DNA of 64,000 bases from an uncultured Pseudomonadales bacterium. Lineage in GTDB: Bacteria > Patescibacteriota > Microgenomatia > UBA1400 > UBA12028. The notes below the pieces were generated by a model. That model ran no database searches and was not told where the DNA came from. It saw only the letters and a program-made list of their open reading frames with translations. The translations under genes were made by a program, and so were the position numbers. The DNA is taken from NCBI GenBank assembly GCA_964509365.1, contig CAZDWN010000003.1, positions 6,855 through 70,854 on the forward strand, given 5' to 3'. Positions 1 to 10,407 of the stretch are shown piece after piece; position 1 is the first letter of the stretch; each line of letters opens with the position of its first letter.

Positions 1-596
1 GTTGAAATGTCACCTACGATGATGAGCGGACCTCGCATCTCTTTGAGGACTCTGGCGCCGACTGCTTTTCCAATTGGTCTCCTCAAGATTTCTTTTGCTG
101 CAGCAGTGAGCTTGATGTCCTCCTGAAAGACTGCGGCATATCGTAGTCCTTCACGATTGATCTCGCCTCTCCGGATCCGACTTGAGGAAATGACCACGCC
201 TTCATCATCGGTACGAAGATCACAGGTTTGTATATCCAGCTTCGGTAAACCAATTTCTTCTCGTTTTATATTTATTTGGTGAGCTCCAGCCAGTGTATGA
301 GGAGTGACGATGATCGCCTCCAAGGATGCATCTTGCAGAGTGCTCCCGTACACATCATCGATGGCGATGATTGAGAGATCCTTTTCTCTGTGAATTTCTT
401 TGGCATACTCGACGAGTGCTTTTTGTCGCAATCCAAAAGATTGGATTTGAGAAGCGAGTTCCTTCCTGGTGTTCATTGAAATTTTTGTCAAACCAAGCGT
501 GACTTTTTTGCTTTGTGAAAATGCAAAGTTGAGTAGATCGATATGGCCGACGTGCAAATGATCAAATGTCCCGCCCATGACGACGTGGTTGTACAT
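1..596 (-). CDS. Nucleotidyltransferase, archaeal-type phosphopantetheine adenylyltransferase-like (HxGH motif) with a C-terminal extension running off the window; 3' end truncated
   Basis: Reverse-strand translation starts MYNHVVMGGTFDHLHVGH (HxGH cytidylyltransferase motif) and continues in frame to position 1 (...RGPLIIVGDIST). It overlaps the end of the downstream acyltransferase ORF by about 35 nt, so the start may instead be the internal Met at 578. Confidence 0.55.
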   Translation of the reverse strand, partial: MYNHVVMGGTFDHLHVGHIDLLNFAFSQSKKVTLGLTKISMNTRKELASQIQSFGLRQKALVEYAKEIHREKDLSIIAIDDVYGSTLQDASLEAIIVTPHTLAGAHQINIKREEIGLPKLDIQTCDLRTDDEGVVISSSRIRRGEINREGLRYAAVFQEDIKLTAAAKEILRRPIGKAVGARVLKEMRGPLIIVGDIS

Positions 597-1698
597 AGAG
601 CAATAGTATACGATACAAATTTTTTATTGGTGCGAAAAGCTTTGACACACTACTACCTATAGCGAGCGATAGTACGACTCCCCAACAGACATAAAGCACA
701 AATAAAGTGATTTTCACTCCAACTGCGTACAGCGTGTGACTCGAAGAAACGGAGACTGACACGAGGTTTACAGTGGCTCCGAGACTGGCCAGCACTCCTG
801 ATGTGAAGAGAATCCAATTGAGTAACAGGAGTGATGGCCAGTGATAGACGAGAATATCTATGCTTCGCTTTCCCAAGAATTGAGAAATTTCATCAAGCCT
901 ACGTAGGAGCACGATGCTTTGCCGCTCTAGCCACAAGCAAAGTAAAAGTACAGTGGCGGAGCCAGTCAAACTATTGAAGATCATCAAACCAAGCGACCCG
1001 TTTACCCGTCCATAGAAATTTACAACACAATTTATTCTCGCACCAATGAAAAAGAGAATGGCGCAGGAGATGACAGCCGCAAGAGGCACTTTTTTGGGAA
1101 GATCGATTTTTCTTGCAAGCGTACCGATTCCTATATACGCAGCCAGTACAAAAGCGAGGTCTATTGTATATGGGATGGGAAGACTACCAAATACAGCATG
1201 TAGTGGATCGGATAACGCAAATCCGATTACAAAAAAACAAACAATCCCAATGAGCGATGAAATAATAGAGTGGTTAGTGAAGCGATTGGACCAAAAGATC
1301 CAAAGGAGATGAGCGATTAAATACGAGGGAAGGAACCACAGCGGAGCGTTGTAGATGATATTTCCGCCGATCAGAAAATACGAAAGGATGGTATTAGGGA
1401 CAAATTCAAGATTTGCAAACACTTGGCTCGTGGCGAGAAAAAACAACCAAAATACCAAGGCAATGACGCTCGCGAGAAGATAAGGAAGCAGGAATCTGCT
1501 ACTTTTCTTCTGAAGAAAACTCAATGGTCGCTGGCCGGGCTTGAGTAGGTATCCTGAGACGATTGCAAATAACTCAAGCTGAAACGCCAGAGGGATTTGG
1601 CTTACGCCAAACATGCCGACATGGCCAATGACAACCGTGAGGATCGCAATCCCTTTGGCACTATCGATCCAGTTGTAACGTGGTGTGGTTTCTTCCAT
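562..1698 (-). CDS. Acyltransferase family 3 (OatA-like) integral membrane protein
   Basis: 378 aa, multi-TM, N-terminal NWIDSAKGIAILTVVIGH motif typical of acyltransferase_3 family. Confidence 0.6.
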   Translation of the reverse strand: MEETTPRYNWIDSAKGIAILTVVIGHVGMFGVSQIPLAFQLELFAIVSGYLLKPGQRPLSFLQKKSSRFLLPYLLASVIALVFWLFFLATSQVFANLEFVPNTILSYFLIGGNIIYNAPLWFLPSYLIAHLLWIFWSNRFTNHSIISSLIGIVCFFVIGFALSDPLHAVFGSLPIPYTIDLAFVLAAYIGIGTLARKIDLPKKVPLAAVISCAILFFIGARINCVVNFYGRVNGSLGLMIFNSLTGSATVLLLCLWLERQSIVLLRRLDEISQFLGKRSIDILVYHWPSLLLLNWILFTSGVLASLGATVNLVSVSVSSSHTLYAVGVKITLFVLYVCWGVVLSLAIGSSVSKLFAPIKNLYRILLLYVQPRRHGRDI

Positions 1699-1749
1699 GA
1701 GTCATCAGTATATCCGACTCTAGAATTTTGAAGAGAAACAAATTATTTT

Positions 1750-1826
1750 TGGGGTGCCCGACGGGTTACGATCCCGCTACCTCAAGATCCACAATCTCGC
1801 GCTCTTCCGATTGAGCTACGGGCACC
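1750..1826 (-). tRNA. tRNA-His (anticodon GTG) with encoded G-1 and CCA
   Basis: Reverse complement folds as a cloverleaf: acceptor GTGCCCG/CGGGCAC, extra 5' G pairing the discriminator C, anticodon loop TTGTGGA, T-arm GCGGG/CCCGT, 3' CCA encoded. Confidence 0.85.
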
Positions 1827-1958
1827 AAGGCTATTCAGAGGCTATTTTACCAGAGAAGCAGGGAGAAGGGAATCCATTACAGAGTTCTTACCAATTTCTG
1901 GTGAGTGCTTGTCTGCTTCCATCCATGATAGGGGTAGTTATCAATGGAAAGGAATGGT

Positions 1959-2213
1959 ATGAACAAACAATCAACAAACACAACGAACGGACTAAAAACA
2001 GTGGCGGTCGGCGTCGCTGCGGGTGTCGTCGGTGCAGCAGTCGGAGCGACAGTCGCTGCGATGAGTGATGAGAAGACTCGCAACAAGGTAATCGACATGG
2101 CAAGTCAAGCTAGAGAGAAGGGAACTCAAATCTTGGAAGCCGTGCAAGATAATGCGACTCAGGTAGAGAAGCAAATTTCCGATAAAGCAGCGACGGTTCA
2201 CGCAAAGAAATAG
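1959..2213 (+). CDS. Small glycine-zipper membrane protein (YtxH/DUF948-like)
   Basis: ORF with AAGGAA RBS 4 nt upstream; GxxxGxxxG-rich hydrophobic segment VAVGVAAGVVGAAVGATVAA followed by a charged helical tail. Confidence 0.45.
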   Translation: MNKQSTNTTNGLKTVAVGVAAGVVGAAVGATVAAMSDEKTRNKVIDMASQAREKGTQILEAVQDNATQVEKQISDKAATVHAKK

Positions 2214-2226
2214 TCATCAACAACAA

Positions 2227-2269
2227 TAAAAAAGCCCCTCAGTACATACCGAGGGGCTTTTGTTTTTTG
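2227..2269. terminator. Bidirectional intrinsic terminator shared by convergent small genes
   Basis: A-run, GCCCCTC ... GAGGGGC hairpin, TTTTGTTTTTT. Confidence 0.6.
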
Positions 2270-2279
2270 TATCAAAAAA

Positions 2280-2513
2280 TTATTTTCTCTTTTTTGTAGC
2301 TACTTTCTTTTTGGAAACTTTCCTCACTGCTTTCTTTGCTTTGCTCTTTACAGATCGCAAATCTTTTTCAACAATTTTCTCAACTTTTTTTGCTTCCTTT
2401 ACTACCTTCTGTCGGTTGTCAGCATCAGACAAAAAGACACCGACTGCGCCTGCGACGACACCGGCTACTGCACCGACGATTGTCCCTAATCCAAATGATT
2501 GCTTTTTTGCCAT
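2280..2513 (-). CDS. Small glycine-zipper membrane protein, paralog of 1959..2213
   Basis: 77 aa; LGTIVGAVAGVVAGAVGVFLS glycine zipper plus Lys-rich tail; AAGGAG RBS upstream of ATG. Confidence 0.45.
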   Translation of the reverse strand: MAKKQSFGLGTIVGAVAGVVAGAVGVFLSDADNRQKVVKEAKKVEKIVEKDLRSVKSKAKKAVRKVSKKKVATKKRK

Positions 2514-2614
2514 ATTTTTCTCCTTTTTTGTTGTAAAACGTAGAGGGCAGACTACTACGTATCAGTTTGTGATATTTGAAGAAAGATTGCAAGGAGTAAA
2601 TGAAAAAAAGTACG

Positions 2615-2689
2615 TGGTGCCTCCACCAAGAATCGAACTTGGATTAAGGGATTAGAAGTCCCCCGTTCTATCCATTAAACTATGGAGGC
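2615..2689 (-). tRNA. tRNA-Arg (anticodon TCT), CCA encoded
   Basis: Reverse complement GCCTCCA...TGGAGGC acceptor stem, anticodon loop CTTCTAA, T-loop TTCGATT, discriminator A plus CCA. Confidence 0.8.
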
Positions 2690-2701
2690 GAACTAGGTCT
2701 A

Positions 2702-4156
2702 TTATACCTCTTTTCTGACGGCCTCAAGTTTTGGAAAGAGTGATGGAATGGTCTCGATCGTATCTCCCGAAAAGACATTCAAAATAGACTCTGCAGTTTT
2801 GGGAAGAAACGGTTGGAGTGCACCCGCAATTTCTTTGAGTGAAAGCAACGCCTCACCGAGGATTTCTGATTTCCAATTTGCGTTTTCAGATTCTGGTCGA
2901 TCTTTCCATGGACGCTCCAGGCTCAAATAGCGATCGAGCTCTCGCACGCGATCCATGACACATTCGATTGCTTCAACCAATTTATCTTCCGTCACCAACT
3001 GCAGGACCCGTGCGAGGAGATCATTCTCTCGCGTCGGAATACCGGCTGGAGTGATTCGTTCATTGGAAGCGAGTTTTAAAATCCGAGCCGTCAAATTTCC
3101 AATTCCATTTGATAAATCTGAAGTATACGTTTGATCAAACTTGTCCCAATTGACATCGGAATCAGTTCCAAAATCTCCAAGTTTGAGCAGGACATATCGA
3201 GTCCCTTCACTTCCATATTTTGCGACGAGTTCGTTTGGGCTGATGACATTGCCCAACGATTTACTCATTTTTGCTCCATCGACACTTATAAAACCGTTGA
3301 TCAAAATTGTCTGTGACGGAGGCAATCCTGCTGCAAAGAGCATCGCTTGCCACATTGCAGATTGTTGCCTCAAATTATCTTTACCCGCAATTTGTACTCC
3401 TGGCCAGTATTCGTGGAATTGAGACTCATCGGTCGGCCATCCAATTGTCGATATGTAATTGACTAATGCGTCAAACCAAACGTACATGACATGGTCAGGA
3501 TCAGTGGGTACATCGACTCCCCAAGGCATCTTTGATTTCAGTCGCGAGATGCTGAAATCCTGGAGTCCCATCTCGACGAACGAGATGATCTCACTAAACT
3601 TTCCATCGGGCACGACAAAATGCGGATTGGCTCTATAAAATTCAAGCAATTGTGTTTGGAACAGTGAAAACTTAAAGAAATAATTTTCTTCCTCTCGGAT
3701 TTCTAATGCTTTGTTTGGATGCAGTGGACATCGCTCATTGACGAGTTCCGAATCCGTCTTCTCCAATTCACACCCTACACAATATTTGATTTTGTAGAGT
3801 TTTTTATAGATATACCCGTTGGCGTCGCAGCGTTTCCAAAATTCTTGAGCGGCATGAATATGATGAGCATCCGTCGTGCGAATGAAGTTGGTGTAGCTTA
3901 AATTGAGGAGCTCTTTTAGCTCTCCAAATTTACCTGCATATGCATCGCAATATGCTTGCGGATCTTTCCCTTCTTCCATTGCTTTTTGATATATTTTTTG
4001 TCCGTGTTCGTCTGTCCCAGTATTGAAAATGACGGTATTTCCAAGCAGTCTTTGAGAGCGAGCAATGACATCAGCTTTGGTGATTTCCAACCCAAATCCG
4101 ATATGCGGATCAGCATTGACGTAGGGGAGCGTGGTGGTGATATAGAACTTTGCCAT
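2702..4156 (-). CDS. metG: Methionyl-tRNA synthetase
   Basis: [11 protein letters not shown] (HIGH-type) and [10 protein letters not shown] (KMSKS) motifs; start taken at MAKFYITT, as the longer ORF extension is hydrophobic junk. Confidence 0.9.
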   Translation of the reverse strand: MAKFYITTTLPYVNADPHIGFGLEITKADVIARSQRLLGNTVIFNTGTDEHGQKIYQKAMEEGKDPQAYCDAYAGKFGELKELLNLSYTNFIRTTDAHHIHAAQEFWKRCDANGYIYKKLYKIKYCVGCELEKTDSELVNERCPLHPNKALEIREEENYFFKFSLFQTQLLEFYRANPHFVVPDGKFSEIISFVEMGLQDFSISRLKSKMPWGVDVPTDPDHVMYVWFDALVNYISTIGWPTDESQFHEYWPGVQIAGKDNLRQQSAMWQAMLFAAGLPPSQTILINGFISVDGAKMSKSLGNVISPNELVAKYGSEGTRYVLLKLGDFGTDSDVNWDKFDQTYTSDLSNGIGNLTARILKLASNERITPAGIPTRENDLLARVLQLVTEDKLVEAIECVMDRVRELDRYLSLERPWKDRPESENANWKSEILGEALLSLKEIAGALQPFLPKTAESILNVFSGDTIETIPSLFPKLEAVRKEV

Positions 4157-4220
4157 AGGGAGTATTGTACTCGAGACGAAAAGAAGGTACAATGGCAGAT
4201 CACGCAAACGAGAAAAATGT

Positions 4221-7172
4221 ATGCCAAATAGCCAAGATACCATCACAATTCGAGGTGCCAGACAGCATAACCTCAAGAACATTGATTTGGACATCCCAAA
4301 GGACAAGCTCGTGGTACTCACGGGTATGTCAGGGAGTGGCAAATCATCCCTCGCTTTCGACACAATTTATGCAGAAGGACAGCGTCGCTATGTCGAATCA
4401 CTGTCTTCGTACGCTCGCCAATTCCTGGGAGTCATGGGAAAGCCTGATGTGGATTTTATTGGAGGTCTTTCTCCCGCCATTTCAATTGATCAAAAGACGA
4501 CGTCTCACAACCCTCGATCGACGGTTGGGACGATCACTGAAATTTACGATTATTTACGTCTCTTATTTGCTAGGGTCGGACGACCCCATTGTCCAAATTG
4601 CGGGACCGAGATCAAACGAAGTAGCGCCGATGAGATCGTCAATTCGATTTTAGAAAAGATTGAGCGACGCCAGGATCTCGCGACGGGCGTGCGATTGATG
4701 GTCCTCTCTCCGATTGTCCGTGATCGGAAAGGAGAGTTTACCGCACTATTCGATAACATCAGAAAAAAAGGGTATAGCCGCCTTCGGATCGATGGTGTCA
4801 TCTATGGAATTGATGATGACTTCGTGTTGCTCAAAAACAATAAACATACCGTCAGTGTCATCCTCGATCGCTTGGTCGTCGACAAAAAAATCTTACGAGA
4901 TGAAACCGAACGCAAAGAATTTAAGAGCCGATTGACCGCTGATGTCGAACAAGCGTTGGGGCTTGCGGATGGACTGATGATCATTTCTTTTGTCACTGAC
5001 GCGGGATTTTCTTTCCCGGAAAAACCGACGCAAATGGAGGATGAGTTGTTCAGTGAAAAATTCTTATGTCCAAATTGCGGTCTCTCTTTACCTGAAATCG
5101 AGCCTCGGATTTTCTCATTCAACACGCCTCATGGTGCGTGTCCAACATGCAACGGACTCGGTACGTTACTGAAAGTAGATCCGACACTCATCGTCGCTCC
5201 TTCACTTACTCTTGCCGAAGGCGCAATCATTCCATTTGAACGTGTGATCACCGGAGATACTTGGTTCTCACGATTGGTTTCACAAGTCGTCGACGAGTAT
5301 CACGGTTCCATGCGAACAGAATATGAAAAATTGCCATCGGAACTCCAACACGTCCTACTGCATGGAGATCAACCAAAGCGACATCGTGTCCAAGGGACCA
5401 ATCGCTTTGGGCGTGATACGGAGATCGAAGAGACGTTTGACGGATTTATTGGATATTTGGAAAAGAAGTTCGTGGAGTCAGAGTCTGATTGGGCGAGAGG
5501 AGAGATTGAACGATTCATGCGAAAAGAAATCTGCCCGAGTTGTCACGGCAAACGGTTGAAACCAGAGAGTCTCTCGGTGTTTATCGATAAGAAAAATATC
5601 ATGGACGTGTGTGATCTTCCGATCAAAAAAGCGAGACTATGGATCCAAGATTTGCGTGCTGAAGGAGTCAAAAAAGAACTGATCACACAAAAAGAAGCTT
5701 TTATTGCGGAATCGATCGTGAAGGAGATTGGCGAACGACTTGAATTCTTGGTCTCTGTAGGATTGACGTACCTCACACTCTCACGAGAAGCGGCGACGCT
5801 TGCCGGAGGGGAAGCGCAGCGTATTCGACTCGCCTCTCAAATCGGTACGGGCCTTACTGGTGTACTGTATGTGCTGGATGAACCGACAGTTGGATTACAT
5901 TCTCGCGACAATGAGCGTTTGATCGTGACGCTCAAGCGCCTACGAGATCTTGGAAATTCGGTGCTCGTCGTCGAGCACGATCAGGAAATGATGGAAGCCG
6001 CAGACTGGATCGTCGATTTCGGACCAAAAGCTGGAAGCAAAGGCGGAGAAGTAGTCGCACAAGGCACTCTCAAAGATATCCAAAATAATTCAAAGTCATT
6101 AACGGGAAAATATTTGAGCGGAAAAAAGAAAGTATCGTTGCCAACTAAGAGAGAACGAAAGAATGAAATCGATGGCGTGATCGCAATTCGAGGAGCGTCA
6201 GCACACAATCTCAAATCAATCGATGTAGATTTCCCACTGACAAAGTTTATCTGTATTACCGGAGTGTCCGGTTCCGGAAAGTCGACACTGTTGCATGAGA
6301 CACTGTATTTGAATTTGGCCAAAGATTTGGGGTATAGCACGCATGACACGCTGGGAGAGATCAACTCGATCACTGTAAATCCAGCGGTCAAACGTGTGTC
6401 GCTCATCGATCAAAGTCCTATTGGGAAGACTCCACGAAGTAACCCTGCAACCTATACCAAGATCTTTGATCTCATCCGTACGGTCTATGCATCTACCAAC
6501 GATGCTCATGCACGTGGATATACCGCTGGACGCTTCAGTTTCAACGTGAAAGGCGGCCGCTGCGAAGCTTGCCAAGGGGAAGGGCAAGTCAAAATCGAGA
6601 TGCAATTTCTTCCAGACGTCTACGTCACTTGCGAAGTCTGCAAAGGAACTCGCTACAACAGTGAGACACTTGAAGTTCTCTATAAAGAAAAAAATATCGC
6701 GCAAATTCTGGCGATGACGATCGATGAAGCAATTACGTTTTTTGCTCACCATGGGACGATCGTCCATAAGTTGCAGACGCTTGCAGATGTCGGCCTTGGA
6801 TATATCTCGCTTGGCCAAAGTGCGCCAACCCTTTCAGGTGGTGAAGCGCAACGAGTCAAACTCGCAAAGGAGCTCAGTTTGCGATCCACTGATCACGTCA
6901 TGTACTTGCTGGATGAACCGACGACTGGCTTACATTTTGAAGATATTCAAAACCTACTTCTCGTTTTGCGCCGTTTGGTAGATAGTGGTAATACGGTCGT
7001 TGTCATCGAACACAACGTCGATGTGATCAGAAATAGCGACTGGATTATCGACTTAGGTCCTGAGGGTGGGGATGAAGGCGGTGAAATTGTCGGTGTCGGA
7101 ACACCTGAAGAAATCATGGAGATGCCAGAATCTGAGACCGGTAAGTATTTGAAATCACAGCACGGCCTATGA
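4221..7172 (+). CDS. uvrA: Excinuclease ABC subunit A
   Basis: 983 aa; two ABC ATPase modules ([20 protein letters not shown]), zinc-finger cysteines, LSGGEAQR signatures. Confidence 0.95.
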   Translation: MPNSQDTITIRGARQHNLKNIDLDIPKDKLVVLTGMSGSGKSSLAFDTIYAEGQRRYVESLSSYARQFLGVMGKPDVDFIGGLSPAISIDQKTTSHNPRSTVGTITEIYDYLRLLFARVGRPHCPNCGTEIKRSSADEIVNSILEKIERRQDLATGVRLMVLSPIVRDRKGEFTALFDNIRKKGYSRLRIDGVIYGIDDDFVLLKNNKHTVSVILDRLVVDKKILRDETERKEFKSRLTADVEQALGLADGLMIISFVTDAGFSFPEKPTQMEDELFSEKFLCPNCGLSLPEIEPRIFSFNTPHGACPTCNGLGTLLKVDPTLIVAPSLTLAEGAIIPFERVITGDTWFSRLVSQVVDEYHGSMRTEYEKLPSELQHVLLHGDQPKRHRVQGTNRFGRDTEIEETFDGFIGYLEKKFVESESDWARGEIERFMRKEICPSCHGKRLKPESLSVFIDKKNIMDVCDLPIKKARLWIQDLRAEGVKKELITQKEAFIAESIVKEIGERLEFLVSVGLTYLTLSREAATLAGGEAQRIRLASQIGTGLTGVLYVLDEPTVGLHSRDNERLIVTLKRLRDLGNSVLVVEHDQEMMEAADWIVDFGPKAGSKGGEVVAQGTLKDIQNNSKSLTGKYLSGKKKVSLPTKRERKNEIDGVIAIRGASAHNLKSIDVDFPLTKFICITGVSGSGKSTLLHETLYLNLAKDLGYSTHDTLGEINSITVNPAVKRVSLIDQSPIGKTPRSNPATYTKIFDLIRTVYASTNDAHARGYTAGRFSFNVKGGRCEACQGEGQVKIEMQFLPDVYVTCEVCKGTRYNSETLEVLYKEKNIAQILAMTIDEAITFFAHHGTIVHKLQTLADVGLGYISLGQSAPTLSGGEAQRVKLAKELSLRSTDHVMYLLDEPTTGLHFEDIQNLLLVLRRLVDSGNTVVVIEHNVDVIRNSDWIIDLGPEGGDEGGEIVGVGTPEEIMEMPESETGKYLKSQHGL

Positions 7173-8323
7173 AGCGAAAACCAACAGCGAAAGCGAAAAA
7201 GTCAAAAAAAGTGACGCTCGTTGCTTCAAAAATACTCAAAGTACCGATCACGCAGGGGCCAACTGGCTTCGACAAAGTTCTCCATTTCACTGTGACGACA
7301 TTCTTTTGTTTTTTGCGCTATCTCGGAGTGTTTTTGCTTGGGTTCCTCTGTGCGTTGACGGTAATTTGTGTCGTCGTAGGGATCATGTATGCTCGATCCA
7401 TTTCTAAGACCAGCGATATTCCCGTCACTCGCTTATTTTCGATCGCCCTCCAGAGTCGAACGTCTCGTCCACTCACGCAAATGCCAAGACAAACGTTTGT
7501 GATCTTGGGAACTGATGCGCTTGTCAATCGAGATGAACAAAGCAAACTGACGGATACGATTATGGTGATCTCAGCGTCAGCTGATCAAGGGAAAATTGAT
7601 ACGTTTAGTATCCCTCGTGATCTCTGGATCGCGTCGCAATCGACGAAAATCAATGGGTTGTATGCGAAGGACGCAAGTCTTCCACAAGATATGATTCAGG
7701 GAATGACGGGCGTACAGATCCAAGGGAAAATAGTCATCGATATTGCGACGGTAGCCCACTTGATTGATGCACTCGGAGGCTTGGATGTCACTGTCGAACG
7801 ATCGTTCGTCGATTACAAATTTCCCCGAAGCGATGTCGATGTCAGGACGGAACACGATTTTAATAAGCTCTATGAAACGGTTGCGTTCACCAAAGGCGTG
7901 GAACACATGAGTGGCGACCGGGCACTTCGGTATATTCGATCGCGTCACAGTCTTGATCCAGTAGAGGGAAGTGATGACGCTCGTGTCAAAAGGCAGCAGC
8001 AAGTAATGCTTGCTCTGATCGCAAAGCTCAAAGATCCGCTTTTAGTTCGCAATCCAGAACAGATTGGTAAACTCCTCCATATGTATACGACAGAAATTGA
8101 CTCAACGGTCTCACTGGAAGATATGAGTGCGATCGGTTGGAAATTTGTGAAACGGAAACAATTCCCCGTGTTTGTAGCTCATCAGTTCACGATAAAGGAA
8201 GTCGATGCTAAAGGCATGTTTACGCATCCTGACCGATTTCCCGGAGGCGCGTGGGTGTATCTCCCAGTCGATCCAACCTATGCGCAAATGAAATCAGTTG
8301 TATCGACTTGGTTAGCAAATTGA
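7169..8323 (+). CDS. LytR-CpsA-Psr (LCP) family cell-envelope phosphotransferase
   Basis: N-terminal TM, then LGTDALVNRDEQSKLTDTIMVIS...FSIPRDLW, typical of the LCP domain; 4-nt overlap with uvrA stop. Confidence 0.75.
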   Translation: MKRKPTAKAKKSKKVTLVASKILKVPITQGPTGFDKVLHFTVTTFFCFLRYLGVFLLGFLCALTVICVVVGIMYARSISKTSDIPVTRLFSIALQSRTSRPLTQMPRQTFVILGTDALVNRDEQSKLTDTIMVISASADQGKIDTFSIPRDLWIASQSTKINGLYAKDASLPQDMIQGMTGVQIQGKIVIDIATVAHLIDALGGLDVTVERSFVDYKFPRSDVDVRTEHDFNKLYETVAFTKGVEHMSGDRALRYIRSRHSLDPVEGSDDARVKRQQQVMLALIAKLKDPLLVRNPEQIGKLLHMYTTEIDSTVSLEDMSAIGWKFVKRKQFPVFVAHQFTIKEVDAKGMFTHPDRFPGGAWVYLPVDPTYAQMKSVVSTWLAN

Positions 8324-8331
8324 AAGACACT

Positions 8332-8556
8332 ATGAAAGTACTTACCATTCATGTGAAACATACTTGGCCCAGAGATGAAGTCGTCGAACTTGCACCTGAT
8401 GAGTACGAAGTGCGTTCAAAATTGGCCCCGAAACGAGGGCGAGCAAATAAAGATGCCATAAAAATCTTGGCACGTCACTTAGGCCTTTCTGAATCCCAAC
8501 TGATGTTGACCTCGAACGAGGGAAGTCCCATAAAACAAGTCTTAGTGTTAGAATAA
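8332..8556 (+). CDS. DUF167 (YggU-like) small protein
   Basis: 75 aa; the motif GRANKDAIKILARHLGLSESQLMLTSNEGSPIKQV resembles the DUF167 consensus. Confidence 0.45.
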   Translation: MKVLTIHVKHTWPRDEVVELAPDEYEVRSKLAPKRGRANKDAIKILARHLGLSESQLMLTSNEGSPIKQVLVLE

Positions 8557-8561
8557 AGCTT

Positions 8562-9569
8562 ATGAAAGTACTCATCACTGGCGGCGCTGGATTTATTGGA
8601 TCCAATTTTATTCACTATTGGCTTGAGAAGCATCCTGAAGACCAACTCACGAATCTCGATGCGTTGACGTATGCAGGCAACCTTGAGAATTTAAAAGACA
8701 TAGAAAAGAATCCAAATTATCACTTCGTCAAAGGCGATATCTGTGACCCGAGCGTCGTCGCTAGTGCAATGAGTGGTGCCGACATGGTGATCCATTTTGC
8801 GGCAGAGTCGCATGTCGATCGATCGATCAAAAATCCGACTGCATTTGTAGAGACGAACGTCAAAGGCACGCTTGTACTACTCAATGAAGCTGTCAAGCAA
8901 AAAGTGAAACGGTTTCATCACATCAGTACGGATGAGGTTTTCGGCTCCCTAGAGCTGGGGTCATCAACCATGTTCAATGAGGAAACCAAGTATGATCCGC
9001 ACTCGCCATATTCAGCGAGCAAAGCTGGCTCAGACCATATGGTCCGCGCGTTTGCAGATACATTCGGATTGCCAATCACGATCACCAATTGCAGTAACAA
9101 CTATGGTCCATATCACTTCCCAGAGAAGTTGATCCCACTCGCAATTACCAATTTGTTAGAAGGAAAGAAAGTGCCAGTCTATGGCGATGGCATGCAAGTG
9201 CGAGACTGGTTGTACGTCACTGACCACTGTACAGCAATTGAAGCTGTCATCCTCAAAGGGAAAGTTGGAGAGACATATTGCGTCGGTGGAATGAGTCAAG
9301 ACATCCCAAATATTGAAGTCGTCAAAAAAATTATCGCTCTCATGGGGAAAGACGAATCTTCGATTGAATATATTCAAGATCGTCCAGGACATGATGTCCG
9401 CTATGCGATCGAATGGAAAAAAATTCATGACCAACTAGGCTGGTCGCCATCGCTCACGCTTGATGAAGGACTTGCCAAGACTGTGAAGTGGTTTCTGGAG
9501 CATGAAGAGTGGTGGAAACGCTGCAAATCAGGTGAGTATCAACACTATTACGATTCACAATACAAATGA
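8562..9569 (+). CDS. rfbB: dTDP-glucose 4,6-dehydratase
   Basis: MKVLITGGAGFIGSNF Rossmann start, YSASKA catalytic YxxxK, RmlB-like length. Confidence 0.9.
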   Translation: MKVLITGGAGFIGSNFIHYWLEKHPEDQLTNLDALTYAGNLENLKDIEKNPNYHFVKGDICDPSVVASAMSGADMVIHFAAESHVDRSIKNPTAFVETNVKGTLVLLNEAVKQKVKRFHHISTDEVFGSLELGSSTMFNEETKYDPHSPYSASKAGSDHMVRAFADTFGLPITITNCSNNYGPYHFPEKLIPLAITNLLEGKKVPVYGDGMQVRDWLYVTDHCTAIEAVILKGKVGETYCVGGMSQDIPNIEVVKKIIALMGKDESSIEYIQDRPGHDVRYAIEWKKIHDQLGWSPSLTLDEGLAKTVKWFLEHEEWWKRCKSGEYQHYYDSQYK

Positions 9570-10384
9570 AAATACTTGGCACCGGATTATCAGGTCTCGT
9601 CGGTTCGAAATTTGTAGACACGAACAAAGAGCTTCATGAGTTTCAAAATCTCGATTTGACGAGTGGCGTCGACATCCTCAATGAGTCACAAGTACACAAT
9701 GCATTTGAAAAATCAGACGCCAATGTCATCGTCCATTTTGCGGCCTTCACAGACACTCAAAAAGCATTTGAACAACAAGGCGACAAAAATGGTTCGGCAT
9801 ATCAGGTCAATGTGATTGGTACTCAAAATGTTGCGAGAGCTGCGAAAGCGACCGGAAAATATCTAGTCCATATTTCTACCGCATATGTCTTCGATGGGAA
9901 CAAAGTTGGGAAATATGTCGAAGAGGATGAGATGCATCCGATCGAATGGTACGGACAAACAAAAGCTTGGGCAGAGGAGGCGGTACATGAGCATGCTGGG
10001 GAGTACTCTATTTTGCGCATTGACCGACCGTACCGATTGGATGAATTTCCGAAGCTCGATATTCTTCACAAAGTGAAGTCACAGCTTGAGGCAGGGAAGT
10101 TACCTCCACAATTTGATGATACGAGTTGGACACCAACGTCCATTGAGAAATTTTCGAAACTGTTGGCATGGGTATGTATGAACAAGCCAACTGGCATTTT
10201 TCACACCACAACAGAACCCGAATATAGTGATTTCACCTTTGCGCAATTTGTGAAGCAATATTATAGGATAGATAGGGGAGTGCAGCGGGGAAGCTTGCAG
10301 ACGTATTTAGAGTCTCATCCTCGTCCATATCAGAGAAACACTTCACTGGACACTTCGAAGATCCGAAGGTTGACCTCAATCTGA
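9566..10384 (+). CDS. rfbD: dTDP-4-dehydrorhamnose reductase-like NAD(P)-dependent sugar reductase
   Basis: MKILGTGLSGLVGSKF Rossmann motif, RmlD-like size, overlaps the rfbB stop (operon). Confidence 0.65.
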   Translation: MKILGTGLSGLVGSKFVDTNKELHEFQNLDLTSGVDILNESQVHNAFEKSDANVIVHFAAFTDTQKAFEQQGDKNGSAYQVNVIGTQNVARAAKATGKYLVHISTAYVFDGNKVGKYVEEDEMHPIEWYGQTKAWAEEAVHEHAGEYSILRIDRPYRLDEFPKLDILHKVKSQLEAGKLPPQFDDTSWTPTSIEKFSKLLAWVCMNKPTGIFHTTTEPEYSDFTFAQFVKQYYRIDRGVQRGSLQTYLESHPRPYQRNTSLDTSKIRRLTSI

Positions 10385-10407
10385 TTTTCAGAGATAATTA
10401 CCAATCT

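Noticed and set aside
1754-2068. 104-aa plus-strand ORF
   Set aside because: It overlaps tRNA-His on the opposite strand and the intergenic region; no RBS; replaced by the tRNA and the shorter 1959-2213 ORF.
2260-2655. 131-aa plus-strand ORF spanning the terminator, small gene and tRNA-Arg
   Set aside because: It runs through a bidirectional terminator, is antisense to a better small gene and crosses a tRNA.
7318-8002. Minus-strand ORFs (75 aa and 141 aa) inside the LCP gene
   Set aside because: Antisense to a well-supported, motif-bearing CDS.
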